A DNA stretch of 64,000 nucleotides from NCBI GenBank assembly GCA_964187785.1, contig OZ076412.1, positions 13,144,001 to 13,208,000 of the forward strand, in the 5' to 3' direction. The notes beneath the pieces are model-generated. The model was not told the DNA's origin and did not search any database. It saw nothing but the letters and a program-made list of their open reading frames with translations. This DNA is from Amphiscolops sp. MND2022. Its lineage: Eukaryota. The translations under genes were made by a program, and so were the position numbers. Positions 10,440 through 22,329 of the stretch are shown here, one piece after another. Within the stretch, counting starts at the first letter, position 1. The number at the start of each line of letters is the position of its first letter.

Positions 10440-13110
10440 CGAATTTTGCTTTTCTTCATGCGACCGGCATTTTTTCCATTCGACCTTTTTGTAATTTATT
10501 TTTATCGAAGCCCCCGAAATGGGAAATTCAACATTCAATAGTAAACTTGTGAAATGAATGGACGTGATAATAAAATATTTGCATTTCCAAGCAAGTTTAA
10601 ACAAATATCAACAAACAAAACATCAATCAATACAGGTTGTGATGCTGTATACACAGTGGGAGACACCAACATCGATAACACAAACTGGAATCAAATGACT
10701 TCGACAGACGACAGCGAATGCATCATCTTCGATAATTTGTGAGAAAACAACTACAAACAACTGATTCTAACAGGCGAAAATCCACAGACGTATTCATAAC
10801 GAACAACACGGAAACTGTGCTTACTCTAACGGTGGACAACAAACACCGGTCAAATCATCAACCATATCAGGTCAAACTACAGACACTGAGTTCATATGAA
10901 GGAAAAACTTTCAAACTTGATACAGGATTCGGCTTCACAACTTTCGCTTATTCGAAAGCTGACTGGGACAACCTTTCATCGCACATCAACGCACATCCTT
11001 TCACCCCTTACTGCTACAGCAATGTTGAAGTCGTCACTAAACTCTGGTACGAGTGGTTGTACGAATGCTTCAGGTTATATATACCACAAACTACGAAAAA
11101 TCGGAAAGAGCTCGCTCCATGGGTCAAGCCAGGAACTTCTCATCTTCTCGAAAAAAAAGAGACACTACAATGATCAATGCTAAAATTAGAGAAGACTTCT
11201 GCCGAAGCGAAGCTTTTACGACTTAACCAACTCCTTGAAGAAAGCTTGATAAATGACCAGACGGAGTACGAAAGAACAGCGTTCCCTAGTGGTAGTTTCT
11301 CAACAATCAAGACGTTTTAAAAGTTTCAAGAAGACCTCAGCAGTACCTCCTGAGATGTACCTGGACGCAGAAACCTCGAAAGACGGAAAAGAAATTACCG
11401 AGATGTTCAATAGATATTTCCATTCCAACTTCACGCTGTCAGACTATAAACGAAAAGAGACAGAAGCACCGGTACCAGTTACCGAATTTCACTTCGAAGA
11501 GGATGAAATAGTAGCTGTTTGAAGAAACTGAATGTTCAAAAAGCTGGAGACCCATACGGACAGAAACGTGCTCCTCAGAAATCTTTCGTCGTGTCTTGCT
11601 AAGTCACTCAAAATTGTTTACAACACGATCTGCAACAAAGCGAGCTTTCCAAGCACTTGGAAAGAAGGTAGAAAAATTCCGTATCACAAAGATGGCAGCA
11701 AACAAGACGTCAAAAACTATAAACCTATCACACTTCTTAACAGTGTCTCAGAGGTTTTCGAGAAACGCAATCGATAAAGTCACTCCTCTACTGGAACCAG
11801 TAATCTCAAAATCACAGACGGTTTCACGAAAAACAAGTCGTCTGCTATCACACAGATGATTTTATATCTCGCCGAATGTTACAATAATTACCACTCGAAA
11901 AAAACTTACGAACTCTCTACTTAGATTTCGAGAAAGCCTTCGACAAAGTTTGCCATCAAAAGCTTCTTGAAAAAGTGAGAACACTTGGAATAGGTGGAAA
12001 TGCACTGCGCCTCTTCGAAAACTATCTCTTCAATCGGAAACAACGGACATTCGTTAATGTTGTGCTATCAAATAATAAAAATGTTCTCAGTGGAGTTCCG
12101 CAAAGCTCAATAGTTGGACCTATGCTTTTTATAATTTTCATTAACAATCTCCCGCAGCAGATCATGTCCAAGTGTTTTGGTTACGCTGACGACTATAAAG
12201 TAATTGCCACAAACCCAGTCATTCTCCAAATTGATGCCCATCGGATATGGAAACGATGCCATAACAACAAGATGAGCCTAAACTTGAAAAAGTGAAAATT
12301 AGAAATTTCAAAGGGTCATCTATTGTCCAAAATGAATGAACTTACAACTCAAGCATAAGTTGAAAAATATTTAGGTATTATAGTCTCGAAATAGTTGACC
12401 CGGAATAAACACACTAGGAGACGGTGTGAAGCAGTGAGGTTCATAAAACGAAATGTCTCCTGGAAAACTTCCGAAATTTCGAAGAAAGGGTTGTACAAAA
12501 GCTACATTATTCCCCCGTTGTATCATACGGAGCAGTTTACTGGAAAGCTTCAAAGGCTGACCTCAGACAGATTGAAACTGTGCAGGAGAAAGCTGGGTGG
12601 TGGATCACTAGACGGAGAGAAAACTACAAAGAAAATTTGCTGAGGCTCAAGTTACTGCCACTTTCACTTTACCACGAATTACATGTACTCTCACTGTTTG
12701 TAGACATCATCCACAAAATATACTCTTTGAACTGGACAAATTACCTAAATGTTACAAAAGTCACCCAATCAGGAGATCTGAAAATCTTTCAGTATTCAGA
12801 ACCCGTCAGCGCAATACGGATAAAGAAGAAAGTGAATGAAAGTGATTTCTGGACAAGAGCATGTTACCTCGCAAACAAACTGGGCAGCGCAATTGGCAAA
12901 GACGTACACTCCACAGAAAACCCGAAGAGAGGGACACCACGTGTCGACTGGACTTCTGCAAACATTACGATCCTGCTAACATTTGCAAATGGCGTTTGTC
13001 GTCTGCGTGTTCGAACTGCAAAAACATTAAGAAACTAGACTTCATGATAAATTGAATTGGGAATGAAAACTTCCTTGGGGCAACTCTAAAGTCTGTATTA
13101 TTATAATATT
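10440..13110 (+). mobile_element. Degenerate CR1/L2-group LINE: ORF2 endonuclease and reverse transcriptase, frameshifted
   Basis: EN fragments (VGDTN, DVFITN, SNHQP) and RT motifs FPSTWKEG..IPYHKDGSKQDVKNYKPITLL, YLDFEKAFDKVCH, SGVPQSSIVGPMLFIIFINNL, YADDYK. A short (TAT/TAA)-type tail lies near 13095-13112. Confidence 0.92.
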
Positions 13111-13310
13111 ATACCGAATCCTTTAAAAAAATGAAAAATGGATGCTGTTGAACAATTCTTAAAGCGTTTCCGAAAACAGACCTCTGCAACAGATACTACA
13201 ACGCAAGACATCTTATTAATTCAAGGGAAAATATCATGAATTCCGATTTTGGGTTTTATTCATTCAGCAAGAAGGAAACCTAACGGATCCATTAAATGGG
13301 AGTATTAAAT

Positions 13311-13725
13311 GGGGGGGGGGTGACTATTCAAATCGTAGAATATTCAAACCGTCGAAAAAATCAAAGCTATTCAAAGCGTCGAAAGAATTCCATACCAGCG
13401 ATTATTTTCAGGTTATAATTTGAAGAGGTTAGCATATTTGTTATATGGGTCGGTCGCTTCGCTCCCTTCGCCAAGTAGCAACATTGAGGCATGGCCATAT
13501 GGCACGTCGCTCCGCTTCGCTTCGCTCCTGCATTTAGGGCACTAGGAGTATGTGGACATAGCTGACTACGTTATCGTAATTAGTTCGTCGCTTGTGCTGT
13601 ATTCATTTTACTGAATTTGATTGGTTCATTGAATGAAAGTTTGGTTACGTGACTATGACGCGCAGTATTTACTGCGTGTAAACTGCTTTCGACGCTTTGA
13701 ATATTCTACGATTTGAACCGTCCCC
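13311..13725. mobile_element. MITE with about 31-bp inner TIRs and G-rich termini, containing the GC-rich core repeat
   Basis: TTCAAATCGTAGAATATTCAAACCGTCGAAA versus TTTCGACGCTTTGAATATTCTACGATTTGAA. Flanked on both sides by attaaat. Confidence 0.75.
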
Positions 13726-13934
13726 ATTAAATGGATCCCACTATATCGGTCATCACTGATAGGACCTATCGCTCATTAACTAATTTCCCAATTGCATTTT
13801 AGCTTGTCAGGTATAATAGTGTTTGCTCGCTTCTGTTGATTTACAACCACAGATGATTATTTTTGAACTAAGCGGAGAAAAAATTGTGCGTGTTAACGGA
13901 TAGAAGTAGAACTTATACGATTTTTAACTTACAG

Positions 13935-14473
13935 CGAGGACTCACGCAAAAATCAAATTGTTTTTGGTAATGTTTTACCATGTTTTTCCCTTGGCCGTTC
14001 ACGGCTTGTTCACTATACCCGTTTTTATGAAACAGTGTGTCTGGAGCGATAGTTTTCCGCCAAATAATTATGATAATAAAACATTCCCACTTCACTAGTT
14101 CTCTAAACCGCTGATTAGCGGTGTCACAACACTGTTTGCAACCTATAAATTTCTGAAGTGTTTATACCAAGTGAAGGATATCTGTTCGGTTCGAGATCTT
14201 TTTGATAACCTAGGGTATTTGTTTTCAGTCCAAATCATTTTTACAATTAGAGATCACCACATTTATTGGCTACAGTATCCATTATTTGACAACCAAAAGG
14301 TTCCTCTAGATCAAATTAGAAAATTGGTGTCCGAAGGTATAAATAAAAATTTTGTAAGTTACATTTAAAAATGCAATAAAAATGGTTCGTTTCCCGACTG
14401 AAACGAGTTAAGAAGTACTTTGATAACCCCTGCCTTGAGTGACCAGGCTGTTGCAACTCTCTTGGTCCGATAG
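13935..14473 (+). CDS. Three phase-compatible exons (13935-13966, 14229-14353, 14408-14473) of an uncharacterised gene or pseudogene
   Basis: acttacag|..|gtaatg, ttttcag|..|gtaagt and acgag| splice sites give EDSRKNQIVFVQIIFTIRDHHIYWLQYPLFDNQKVPLDQIRKLVSEGINKNFLRSTLITPALSDQAVATLLVR*, which aligns with the 8422-9316 peptide. Confidence 0.55.
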
Positions 14474-14561
14474 ATTCCAATGCGTCATTACTTGCAAGGC
14501 TTCTTCAATGTCGTGAACAGGGTGGACTTCTAGTAGTTTTCTAACCACCAGTTTAAAAGAT

Positions 14562-14765
14562 AACAAGACGGGAACGTCTAAAGTCGGCGCTATATCTAAG
14601 GTTCAAAATGCTGAAAAGACTTTTTTTAAAAAAAACTTGAAATTTTTGATTTTTTTTCTTTCAGAAAATGTCGCATAGTGCCGAAAAATGTAAAAGGGGG
14701 ACCCTTTGGGCTTTATTAACATATTCTGTTGCAAAATATCAAAAAACTCGAAAGGGGGGAAAATA
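14562..14765 (-). mobile_element. Truncated HINE-family copy (hairpin end)
   Basis: aacaaGACGggaaCGTCtaaagtcggcgc, followed by aaagggggacccttt. Confidence 0.7.
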
Positions 14766-15114
14766 AAAATACGTATAACTTGTAGCATAAAACGATTACT
14801 TCTTTCAATGTTTGCCAAGAAATAGTCCAAAGTTTTCATTTTAAATGGCGTTATTTCATATCTTCAATTCATCCTTAAGTACTTTTTTCCACGGAAAGTA
14901 AAACAATCTTTTCCAATAAGCCAAAAATTAAACATCACAGATTGACACTACCTCAGTTAAGTACTCCGTTGAAAAAGTTGAAAAAACCTCAAGTAACGTT
15001 TACAAACGTTAACACCTTGAAATTACGGATGACATTGACATACACATGCCCACAAGGTGACCAACATAAATCTGACTTCTGAAAAATACGCTAAGAATTT
15101 GAACACTACCCACG

Positions 15115-15786
15115 TTTTTAGTCGGCGCATTTTCCTTTAAAGGAAAAATGCCCGACTCTTACAGTGACCTTTTCTTTTTTCCTTCAGACCACAGACCTCA
15201 CACTTTTTACAGAAACTACTACTTTCATTTTTAGTCGGCGCTTTTCGAAGAAAAACGCAGTCTATAGTAGTGACTTTTTTTAAGACCAACGAACTGACAG
15301 ATTTTATAAAGAGTTATAAATAGCTGAGCTGACTTACAGTAACTGCACTAACAGTAACCGCAACGCTAGCTATCACTGCTGGCACTTGGCATAGAGGTTA
15401 ATTAAGCTTTTTGAGGTCTGCCAAGCAGAAGGACGTGGGTTCGAGTCCCGTCCTTGATCAAATTTTTTTGTGCAGGTTTTTTTCGGCTTTGTGAGACTTT
15501 TTTCGCAAATTTTTTTAATGTCTCCAAAGGGTCCACCCTTCATTTTTTTTTCTATTTTGCATAAGAATGGATGTTCAAAACCTCCCAAAGGGCCCCTTTT
15601 ACAATTTTTTGGCACTATGCGACTTACCGGAGACCAAAAAATTTCGAAAAAAAATCAAAAAAATTCGAATTTTTTTAAATTTTTCCTCACGCGGGTACTG
15701 TAGAAGAGAATACTTGACACTTTGAAGTCCTTTTGCTATTTTTGAGCCTTAGAGATGGCGCCGACTTGGGCCGTTCTCGGCTTGTT
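15115..15786 (+). mobile_element. Full-length HINE-family element with stacked left ends and an A/B-box module
   Basis: tttttagtcggcgc at 15115 and again at about 15228. A-box-like TGGCATAGAGG at 15387-15397, B-box GGTTCGAGTCC at 15438-15448. Right end gcgccgacttgg-GCCGttctCGGC-ttgtt. Confidence 0.75.
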
Positions 15787-15919
15787 CACTTTTAATGTAA
15801 CCTACAAAACCGGACGAGACTAAAGGGTCCCCCTTTCGATTCTTTTTCGGCACTGTGCGACTTTTCGAAAAATTTTTAATGTCTCCAAAGGGTTTCCCTT
15901 TCGAGTTTTAACGTGTAAA

Positions 15920-16595
15920 AGAATAAATTCGAAAAATCTGACCAAAATCTGAAATTATCTGACTGGTCAGATAAATCTGACACGTTGGTCAGCCTGCATG
16001 CCCACCCTGCTTGCCAAGATGTTTTCAAAACAGTCAACGGTTGGCACTCTGTAGACTCAACTTGACTTTCTTTTGATCCTCTGAGATCATCCAGTGAGCT
16101 GGCTGATTTTCCAATTTTCGAGACTGTGCGATTGATCGGAGATTTGCAGCAAAAATGAGAAACAAGTTTTGAGGAAAATTGATCTTGATTTGATGTTTCA
16201 TTTCGCTTCTCCAGCAGTTGCGAGGTTGTGCAGATTTGAGTTTCTGCACTAGCGCTAGATTTGATGTCAAGGTTCGAATTTGGCCTGACATCTGCAGAAT
16301 TGATACTTTCTCGATCAAGGCTCTTTCTAAGAAGTCCCATTCGTGGTAACGACCAAACCTGCTTCTTGTATGTTGCAGCCTTCTCGAGATTTGAAAGAGC
16401 ATTTATATCTGTGTGGGCGTTCAACAGTGGCTGCACAATGCGAAAGAATCAAAATAGCCTGAGGAAATTTGAATTATTTTGTTGCTAGAACTAAACGCAG
16501 AATCAGTCTTGAGAAGGACCGAAGAAACTTTTTTCCGACCAACTGATTGCTTTGAAGAGAAACTAGGTTGCTCACCAAATCCTGTGGTTTTTGAT
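15920..16595 (-). CDS. Ser-rich exon(s) of the minus-strand orphan gene; exact structure unresolved
   Basis: 186-aa ORF (15876-16436) with composition like the neighbouring exons. Acceptor aaacag| at 16595. A frame change near 16435 needs either a micro-exon plus intron or an indel. Confidence 0.5.
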
Positions 16596-17337
16596 CTGTT
16601 TGAATAGGAAAAAGAGCATTCAACCCAAAGGTTTCTCAGTGTGGGTTTTTTATCAGCACTGTACTTATTCGACAGAAAAATGAAAAAAGCTCTTTTGAAT
16701 GCATTGTTTACTTTGCACTATAAGCCCCTTGCACAATGTGCACTATGAGATTGGGACTTTTTTCGAAAAAAAATATTTCCGTGAAGCTTTGAAGTACTTT
16801 TGATCGTTTTGAGCCTTAAGCGCTAATTCTGACATCGAGCATAGATTTTAAGACACATCGTTGTCTTGTCTTTCATTACTAGTTAAAAGTCAGAGCACTA
16901 TTTGTATTTTACGGTTTGAAAACCCGGCATTCGTTGAATTAAACACACATCAGTCAACCAAAAACGTAGTTTCAGTAAAACAAACAAGCCTGAAACGGCC
17001 CAAGTCGGCACCCCTCTCAAGGATCGGAATGCATTGAAATATTGTTTGAATAATAATTCAGGTTCCACAGAATTATCAAGAAATGAAGTACAAAATTTTG
17101 GCCGTTCCGAATATGTTAAACCAAATATTTTACGTTATATTGATTAAAAAATGTCAAGTTGAACCTACCAGAACAATTTTGGGATGAAGCAAGCTGGTAT
17201 TTTAATAATTTACGCGTGTTCCAAAATTCTAAAATCTACCAACCCGAGAAAAGTCACTACTATAGTTTGCTGTAGAAGCTTTACTTTCTGTAGAAGCTCC
17301 GGCTAAAAAACGGAATATAAAAATCTAAAAAGCATTA

Positions 17338-19125
17338 TCAGAAATCTTTTTCAACTTTCGCGGCTATTTTGCGATACAAGAATCTAACTCGGCTTTGCTT
17401 GAAGTTGGTGTCCATTGAAAAAAGCTTATTTGGTCTAGATCTATCAGCATCAGCAACTGAAGACCTCGATTGCGCCAAAATACTTGCGGCGGTGGAAAAG
17501 GATTTATTTTTCATAGATGGAACTTTTGCGTTGTCTTGACTTGCTGTAGTCGGGTATGACGTAGCGCGGACTCCCGAAGGAAACAACGGCGATGTTTGCA
17601 AGTTGTTTTTGCAAGCTGGGAACGTTTTATTGCACGTCAACGTTTGGGTTGTATTTCGATTCGAACTGTCAAAAAGATTGCATGTGGTAGATAACCCTGC
17701 AGTACATTTGCCTACTTCATCAGGGGTCCTTGTTGAAGATAACAAAGAAGCAAAATTAGAAGGTTGGTTTTGGATCCTTGCCAATTTATAAGCTGCTTCA
17801 TTTGAACGGTCAGTTCTAACTCCAGAGCCCAGAGATGATGATTGGTCGGAAAATCGATTGATGTCCAAGGAGCTAGACGTTTCTTTACAATGTGCACTCA
17901 CTAGGCCGACAGAAGCACACTTTAGATTGCCATTATGCTCATTGCAAGATGTTTCGTTGGCGTGCTTGGCACTACCCCCTGATGTCGACCTTCCTTGTTC
18001 GTGAGACGAAGCAGACCTGTTGAAATTTAATTCAGTAGCGGAATTTGAATTATTTGATATTGCCGGTCCTGTTACTTGGGAAGATTTGGTGCTTTGGACA
18101 GCTGATTCTAACACGGGGTGAAACTTTGCACCACTTTTCGACAACGAAAACGATCCACTGACTTGGGGGATTAAACTTTGACTAAATTTGTTTTTGGAGC
18201 CAGTGCCGCTCGAGGATATATTTGCGGCTACTGGTTCAGTAGAAAAAGAAGCAGTAGATTCCAAAGAATGAGCTGATTGGGTGAAGAGGGATTTGTTACT
18301 GGTAGCTGATGAACCTCCATTTGCATCGCTATTTTTCTGCTGACTTGTACAACGTGATCTTTGCCAAACGGGGTGAACGGTCGAGCTGGTTTCAGTGCAC
18401 ACAGTTGGCTCGCTGTTGTATCGGGTCTTTTCGATCATCCTTGGGTCAGAAATATCTTTGGAAGTCAATGTTGACTTTCTGAAAACTTCACCTAACTTGT
18501 CAGCAGTTGACGTATCAGTAGATTTGGAGCCGACAGGGATCTCAAATTCACTTGATTGGCCAATTTTCGGGAAAAAACTGTCAGTTCTGGAATCCGTGGT
18601 CTCGGAATGTGGCTGAGAATTAATGCTGGGAGTGGTAGCCGCAGCCGCGATAGCTTTGACGCTGTTTTTGACTTCAACGTTTGGGTCAGTTCTCTCAGTG
18701 AACAAGCGATGTCTGTTGACTTCACCAATCTGATCGAAAACTGGCGTTGAAGAAGGAGCTGATTCAGAGTTCACAAAACAAAAATCGCTTCTAGTGGCTG
18801 CTGGAACTTGATCATATTTTTGAACTTTTTCTTCGCACGAGATGGTCTTTCGGACACTCGAAATCAGGGAGCATGATCGGAATCTGGCGCCCGCTGAAGT
18901 AGAAATAGACTGTTCTCTTTGCTTGGGAAGCGACTGAGTGTTTTGATTATTTAAGTTCGGGGTCACTTTTGAGTGACGCAGATTTAGACTACTTGCTGGC
19001 ACGGGGACTGTGCTATTTTTAACAGCTTTTTTCTTTGACAGCTGCTGCTCTTGATAACATTTGAGCTCAGCGATGGTTGACTTGATGCTATCTAGATAGT
19101 TGCTCATTTCAAGGAAAAAAGCCAG
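17338..19125 (-). CDS. Large Ser/Thr/Asn-rich exon (about 595 aa), predicted disordered, uncharacterised
   Basis: 589-aa ORF, open upstream to a strong acceptor ttgcttttcag| at 19125 in phase 0. Confidence 0.75.
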   Translation of the reverse strand: MAFFLEMSNYLDSIKSTIAELKCYQEQQLSKKKAVKNSTVPVPASSLNLRHSKVTPNLNNQNTQSLPKQREQSISTSAGARFRSCSLISSVRKTISCEEKVQKYDQVPAATRSDFCFVNSESAPSSTPVFDQIGEVNRHRLFTERTDPNVEVKNSVKAIAAAATTPSINSQPHSETTDSRTDSFFPKIGQSSEFEIPVGSKSTDTSTADKLGEVFRKSTLTSKDISDPRMIEKTRYNSEPTVCTETSSTVHPVWQRSRCTSQQKNSDANGGSSATSNKSLFTQSAHSLESTASFSTEPVAANISSSGTGSKNKFSQSLIPQVSGSFSLSKSGAKFHPVLESAVQSTKSSQVTGPAISNNSNSATELNFNRSASSHEQGRSTSGGSAKHANETSCNEHNGNLKCASVGLVSAHCKETSSSLDINRFSDQSSSLGSGVRTDRSNEAAYKLARIQNQPSNFASLLSSTRTPDEVGKCTAGLSTTCNLFDSSNRNTTQTLTCNKTFPACKNNLQTSPLFPSGVRATSYPTTASQDNAKVPSMKNKSFSTAASILAQSRSSVADADRSRPNKLFSMDTNFKQSRVRFLYRKIAAKVEKDF

Positions 19126-19287
19126 CTGAAAAGCAAAAATTCAAGCCATTGAACGTTTTAATGTGAATGTGAAGCAAACCCTGAAGTATGAGAATTTTAA
19201 ACTGTTTACATTTTTCATATTTAAATAAATTAAAATGGAACTAGAACAATACGGCAACGGCATAAGTCGGCGCTCATCGTAAAGCCC

Positions 19288-19894
19288 AACAAGCCGGGAA
19301 CAACATAAATCGGCGCCATACCTAAGGCTCAAGCATAGCACAAGGACTTCAAATTGTCAAGTATTCTCTTCTGCAGTACCCGAAAAACCCAAATGTTGGA
19401 CCGAACTGGCGCGCTAAAAGGGGGACCCTTTGGGATTTTTCAAATTTGTGACGCAAACATTCAACAAAATTGAAGGGGGACCCTTTGAAGTCATAAATTT
19501 TTTTCGAAAAAAGTCTCTGTCGGAAAAAACTGCAAGGGTGGACCCTTTGGATTTTTTAAACATCCATTTTATCGCAAAACATCGAAAAAATTGAAGGACG
19601 CTTTGGTGAAAATCCATTCTGTTGTAAAGTACCAAAAAATTGAACAGGGGACCCTTCGTAGACATTAAAATTTTTTCGAAAAAAAACCACAAGCCGAAAA
19701 GAACTGAAAGGGGGACCTTTTAGTCTCGCCTGGTATTGTATGTTGCGGTGAAAAAAAGGAACAACCTTTATAGATCAAGGCACTGGGCCAAATAGTCCAA
19801 TTTGACACCTAAAAACTTCGTAGAAATTTGTAGAACTATTTTGGTCAGTTCGTATGGATTGAAAAAAGTCACTTCGTGAAGCGCCGACTAAAAA
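19288..19894 (-). mobile_element. Full-length HINE-family element, preceded by a second terminal module at about 19250
   Basis: aacaagccgggaacaacataaatcggcgcc ... gaagcgccgactaaaaa, with repeated aaagggggacccttt motifs. Confidence 0.75.
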
Positions 19895-20291
19895 CCAAAA
19901 AAACCCTCAAATCGTTGAGGAGCTGTTTTTGAGAAAGTTTTCAAAATCGCACAGTGTCAAAGAGAGAACCCTTTTGATCTTGAAAAAATGAAAAAATATA
20001 TTTCAGTCAAATTATCAAAAATCAAAGCCAGAAACTTATTGTGGAATGAAATAAAAATTACAAAAAAGTCGCAAAAGGCGATGAACCCCACTTACATCTT
20101 TGTTATTCGAATAAAAATGTGACAAAATTGAAGGGGTAGGTACCCTTTGAACACCTTTTGGCCTCTTTAGATCTTAACGGTATCGTAAAACAATTGTTGG
20201 TCATACCGACCGCATTGAGAAAAAAAACAAAAAGCGCTGTAAAAGCACTCATTTCTTGAAGCGCTTACTAATAACGATATTGCCAGATTAC

Positions 20292-20351
20292 GAATGTCTG
20301 TAAACTTCCAAAATGCAGACGGATTTGAATGGTCCTGTTTTGAAGTGAATT
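20292..20351 (-). CDS. 60-nt exon (NSLQNRTIQIRLHFGSLQTF), in phase with the 19125 acceptor
   Basis: atttttcag|AATTCAC...ACATTC|gtaatc. Length is exactly 20 codons, but it could be UTR. Confidence 0.45.
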
Positions 20352-20564
20352 CTGAAAAATATAGATTAGATCGAACAATCAATATCCCTAAAATTAAATT
20401 GCTTCCAAAATACAAACCAGAGAGCAACTATGAAACACCCAAAAACCTCAGTCTGATAGCGCTCATAATGCCCAGGGTGACTTTCGAGAAATTTTCATAA
20501 CTTTCAGAGTGGTTTAAAAATCAGAAGGGAAAAAACCTGTGGCCTCCAAAAACCCTTTCGTCTT

Positions 20565-21027
20565 AACAAGGCCGGAACGTCTAAGTCGACGCAATATCTA
20601 AGGCTCAAAAAGCGCAGTTTTTAAAATATGCGTAGCACGTTTTCATGAAAACGCAATAGAGTTCGGATATAACGTCAAAAGTTCGGATATATCGCTTTAC
20701 TCCGGATAATACGAAGGGGTACTTCAATAAAATCGAAGGGAGACCCTTGGGAGACAAAAAAAAATTCGAAAAAATGTCGCACAGTGCAGAGAAAAAATTG
20801 AAAGGGTGAACCCTATAGTCTCGTCCGGTTTTGTATCTTAAGTTCAAAAATGGAATAAACGAAAGGGAGACCCTTTGCACTAGCTAAGATGCGTTTCTGC
20901 TTGCCGGTCCAGTAGTTTAGAAGTTCCGTAAAAAGTGTCCACTAAGCATACATACTGTTATCTGCCGAAAAACTTGCCACTGTATTAGTCGCGCTCATTT
21001 TCTACTAAGATGCGCCGACTAAAAAAA
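20565..21027 (-). mobile_element. Full-length HINE-family element
   Basis: aacaaggccggaacgtctaagtcgacgc ... gatgcgccgactaaaaaaa. Confidence 0.7.
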
Positions 21028-21764
21028 CAATCTAAAAAAACCCAAATTGATTGAATTTTTTTCATTGAAAGTTACAGTGCCGGAAATCCAAGATGGGAAC
21101 CTTCAGAATTGACAAACGTTTTTTTTGGTAGAAAAATATTTGTCAATTTTTCGAAGAAAAAAGTCGCACAATGCCTTTGGCGCGTCAACGGTTTGTAAAC
21201 AAAGTTATTTAGTTCTGGACAGACATCGAACCAACGAGAAGCTCGCATCCTAACTACTGGCGGCGAGAAGAAACTCTGACAAATGGACCATTCGCATACC
21301 TTCTGTGGTCGTTCGAAAAAAAAGAAGATGAAAATGCCTCAAGTCGGCGCCCCGCTCAGGGTTCCAAAAGCTAAAGTCTCATAAATATAATTATGGTGAC
21401 TTTCATTGAATTCTGATATATTTCAGGGTGCCAAGAAAAGACAGAAAACGCGTTTTTCCAAGTCACAACAGTGAAAAGGGAGATCTTCTGATGAAGAAAA
21501 CTTTTCCGAAAGAAGTCGCTTCTTTTGATCCCAACAAGATCTGTAAGCATGAAAAATTTTGGGCCTGAGCGTACCCATTTCCGCCTGTTTGGGAAGCAGT
21601 CATCCTAACTATAAGTCCAAGCGACGTAACGAACAACTATATTTAACACAGAGGCGAAGCGGTGCTTCGCAACACATGACGAAGACATCGAATATTTTAA
21701 TATGCGTATATTATTTTAATCGGATGCGTATATATTCAACAGTTCAACTTTATTCAATAACGTC

Positions 21765-21845
21765 CTTATGACACAGTGGTTAACACTTATGCCGCGCAAT
21801 CGGGAGGCTGCAGGTTCGAATCTCTCAGGGGTTTTGGCTTTTCTC
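21765..21845 (+). ncRNA. tRNA-derived SINE-like head (not a functional tRNA)
   Basis: A-box-like TGACACAGTGG at 21769-21779, B-box GGTTCGAATCT at 21813-21823, followed by T-runs. No complete cloverleaf. Confidence 0.5.
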
Positions 21846-22329
21846 TAAAAGGCGCTCATTATGAAGTTGGCTATTGTGGAAAAAAAACTTTCTTAGCTGG
21901 ACTGCAATGCACATTGACTTCGTCATGTGCAAAAAGGGACCAATCACTGAGGTCTGTGGTCTGACAAAGAACAAAATGTCCCTCTGGGTAAGTTTTGGGA
22001 AACATTAAAATTTTTCAGAAATAGTCCCAGAGTGCTGAAAAGTTCAGAAAAGGGTCCCTTTGGACGTCAAGGAACTTTTCTCATCTCCAAATGTCAAAAA
22101 AAACAAATGAGGACTATTTGGGGTTAAATTAGGTTTCTCGAAAAAGTTGTACAATTACAGAATTTTATTGCAAGTAATTTGGCGGGTTTTCCGCTGGAAA
22201 TGGAGGAAAAAACTTTCTGGAATCACTCAATTGACGCCAAAGCCTAATCACAGCAGTGAAAAATTCACTGACTACATTCAAATTGGTCTCGAGAAACAAG
22301 TAAATATGTCCATCGAAGATTATCATTAT

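Noticed and set aside
14420-14545. Minus-strand exon KLLEVHPVHDIEEALQVMTHW...
   Set aside because: It is the antisense of the plus-strand frame that shows synonymous-type conservation with the 8422 exon; in this frame the same differences are non-synonymous.
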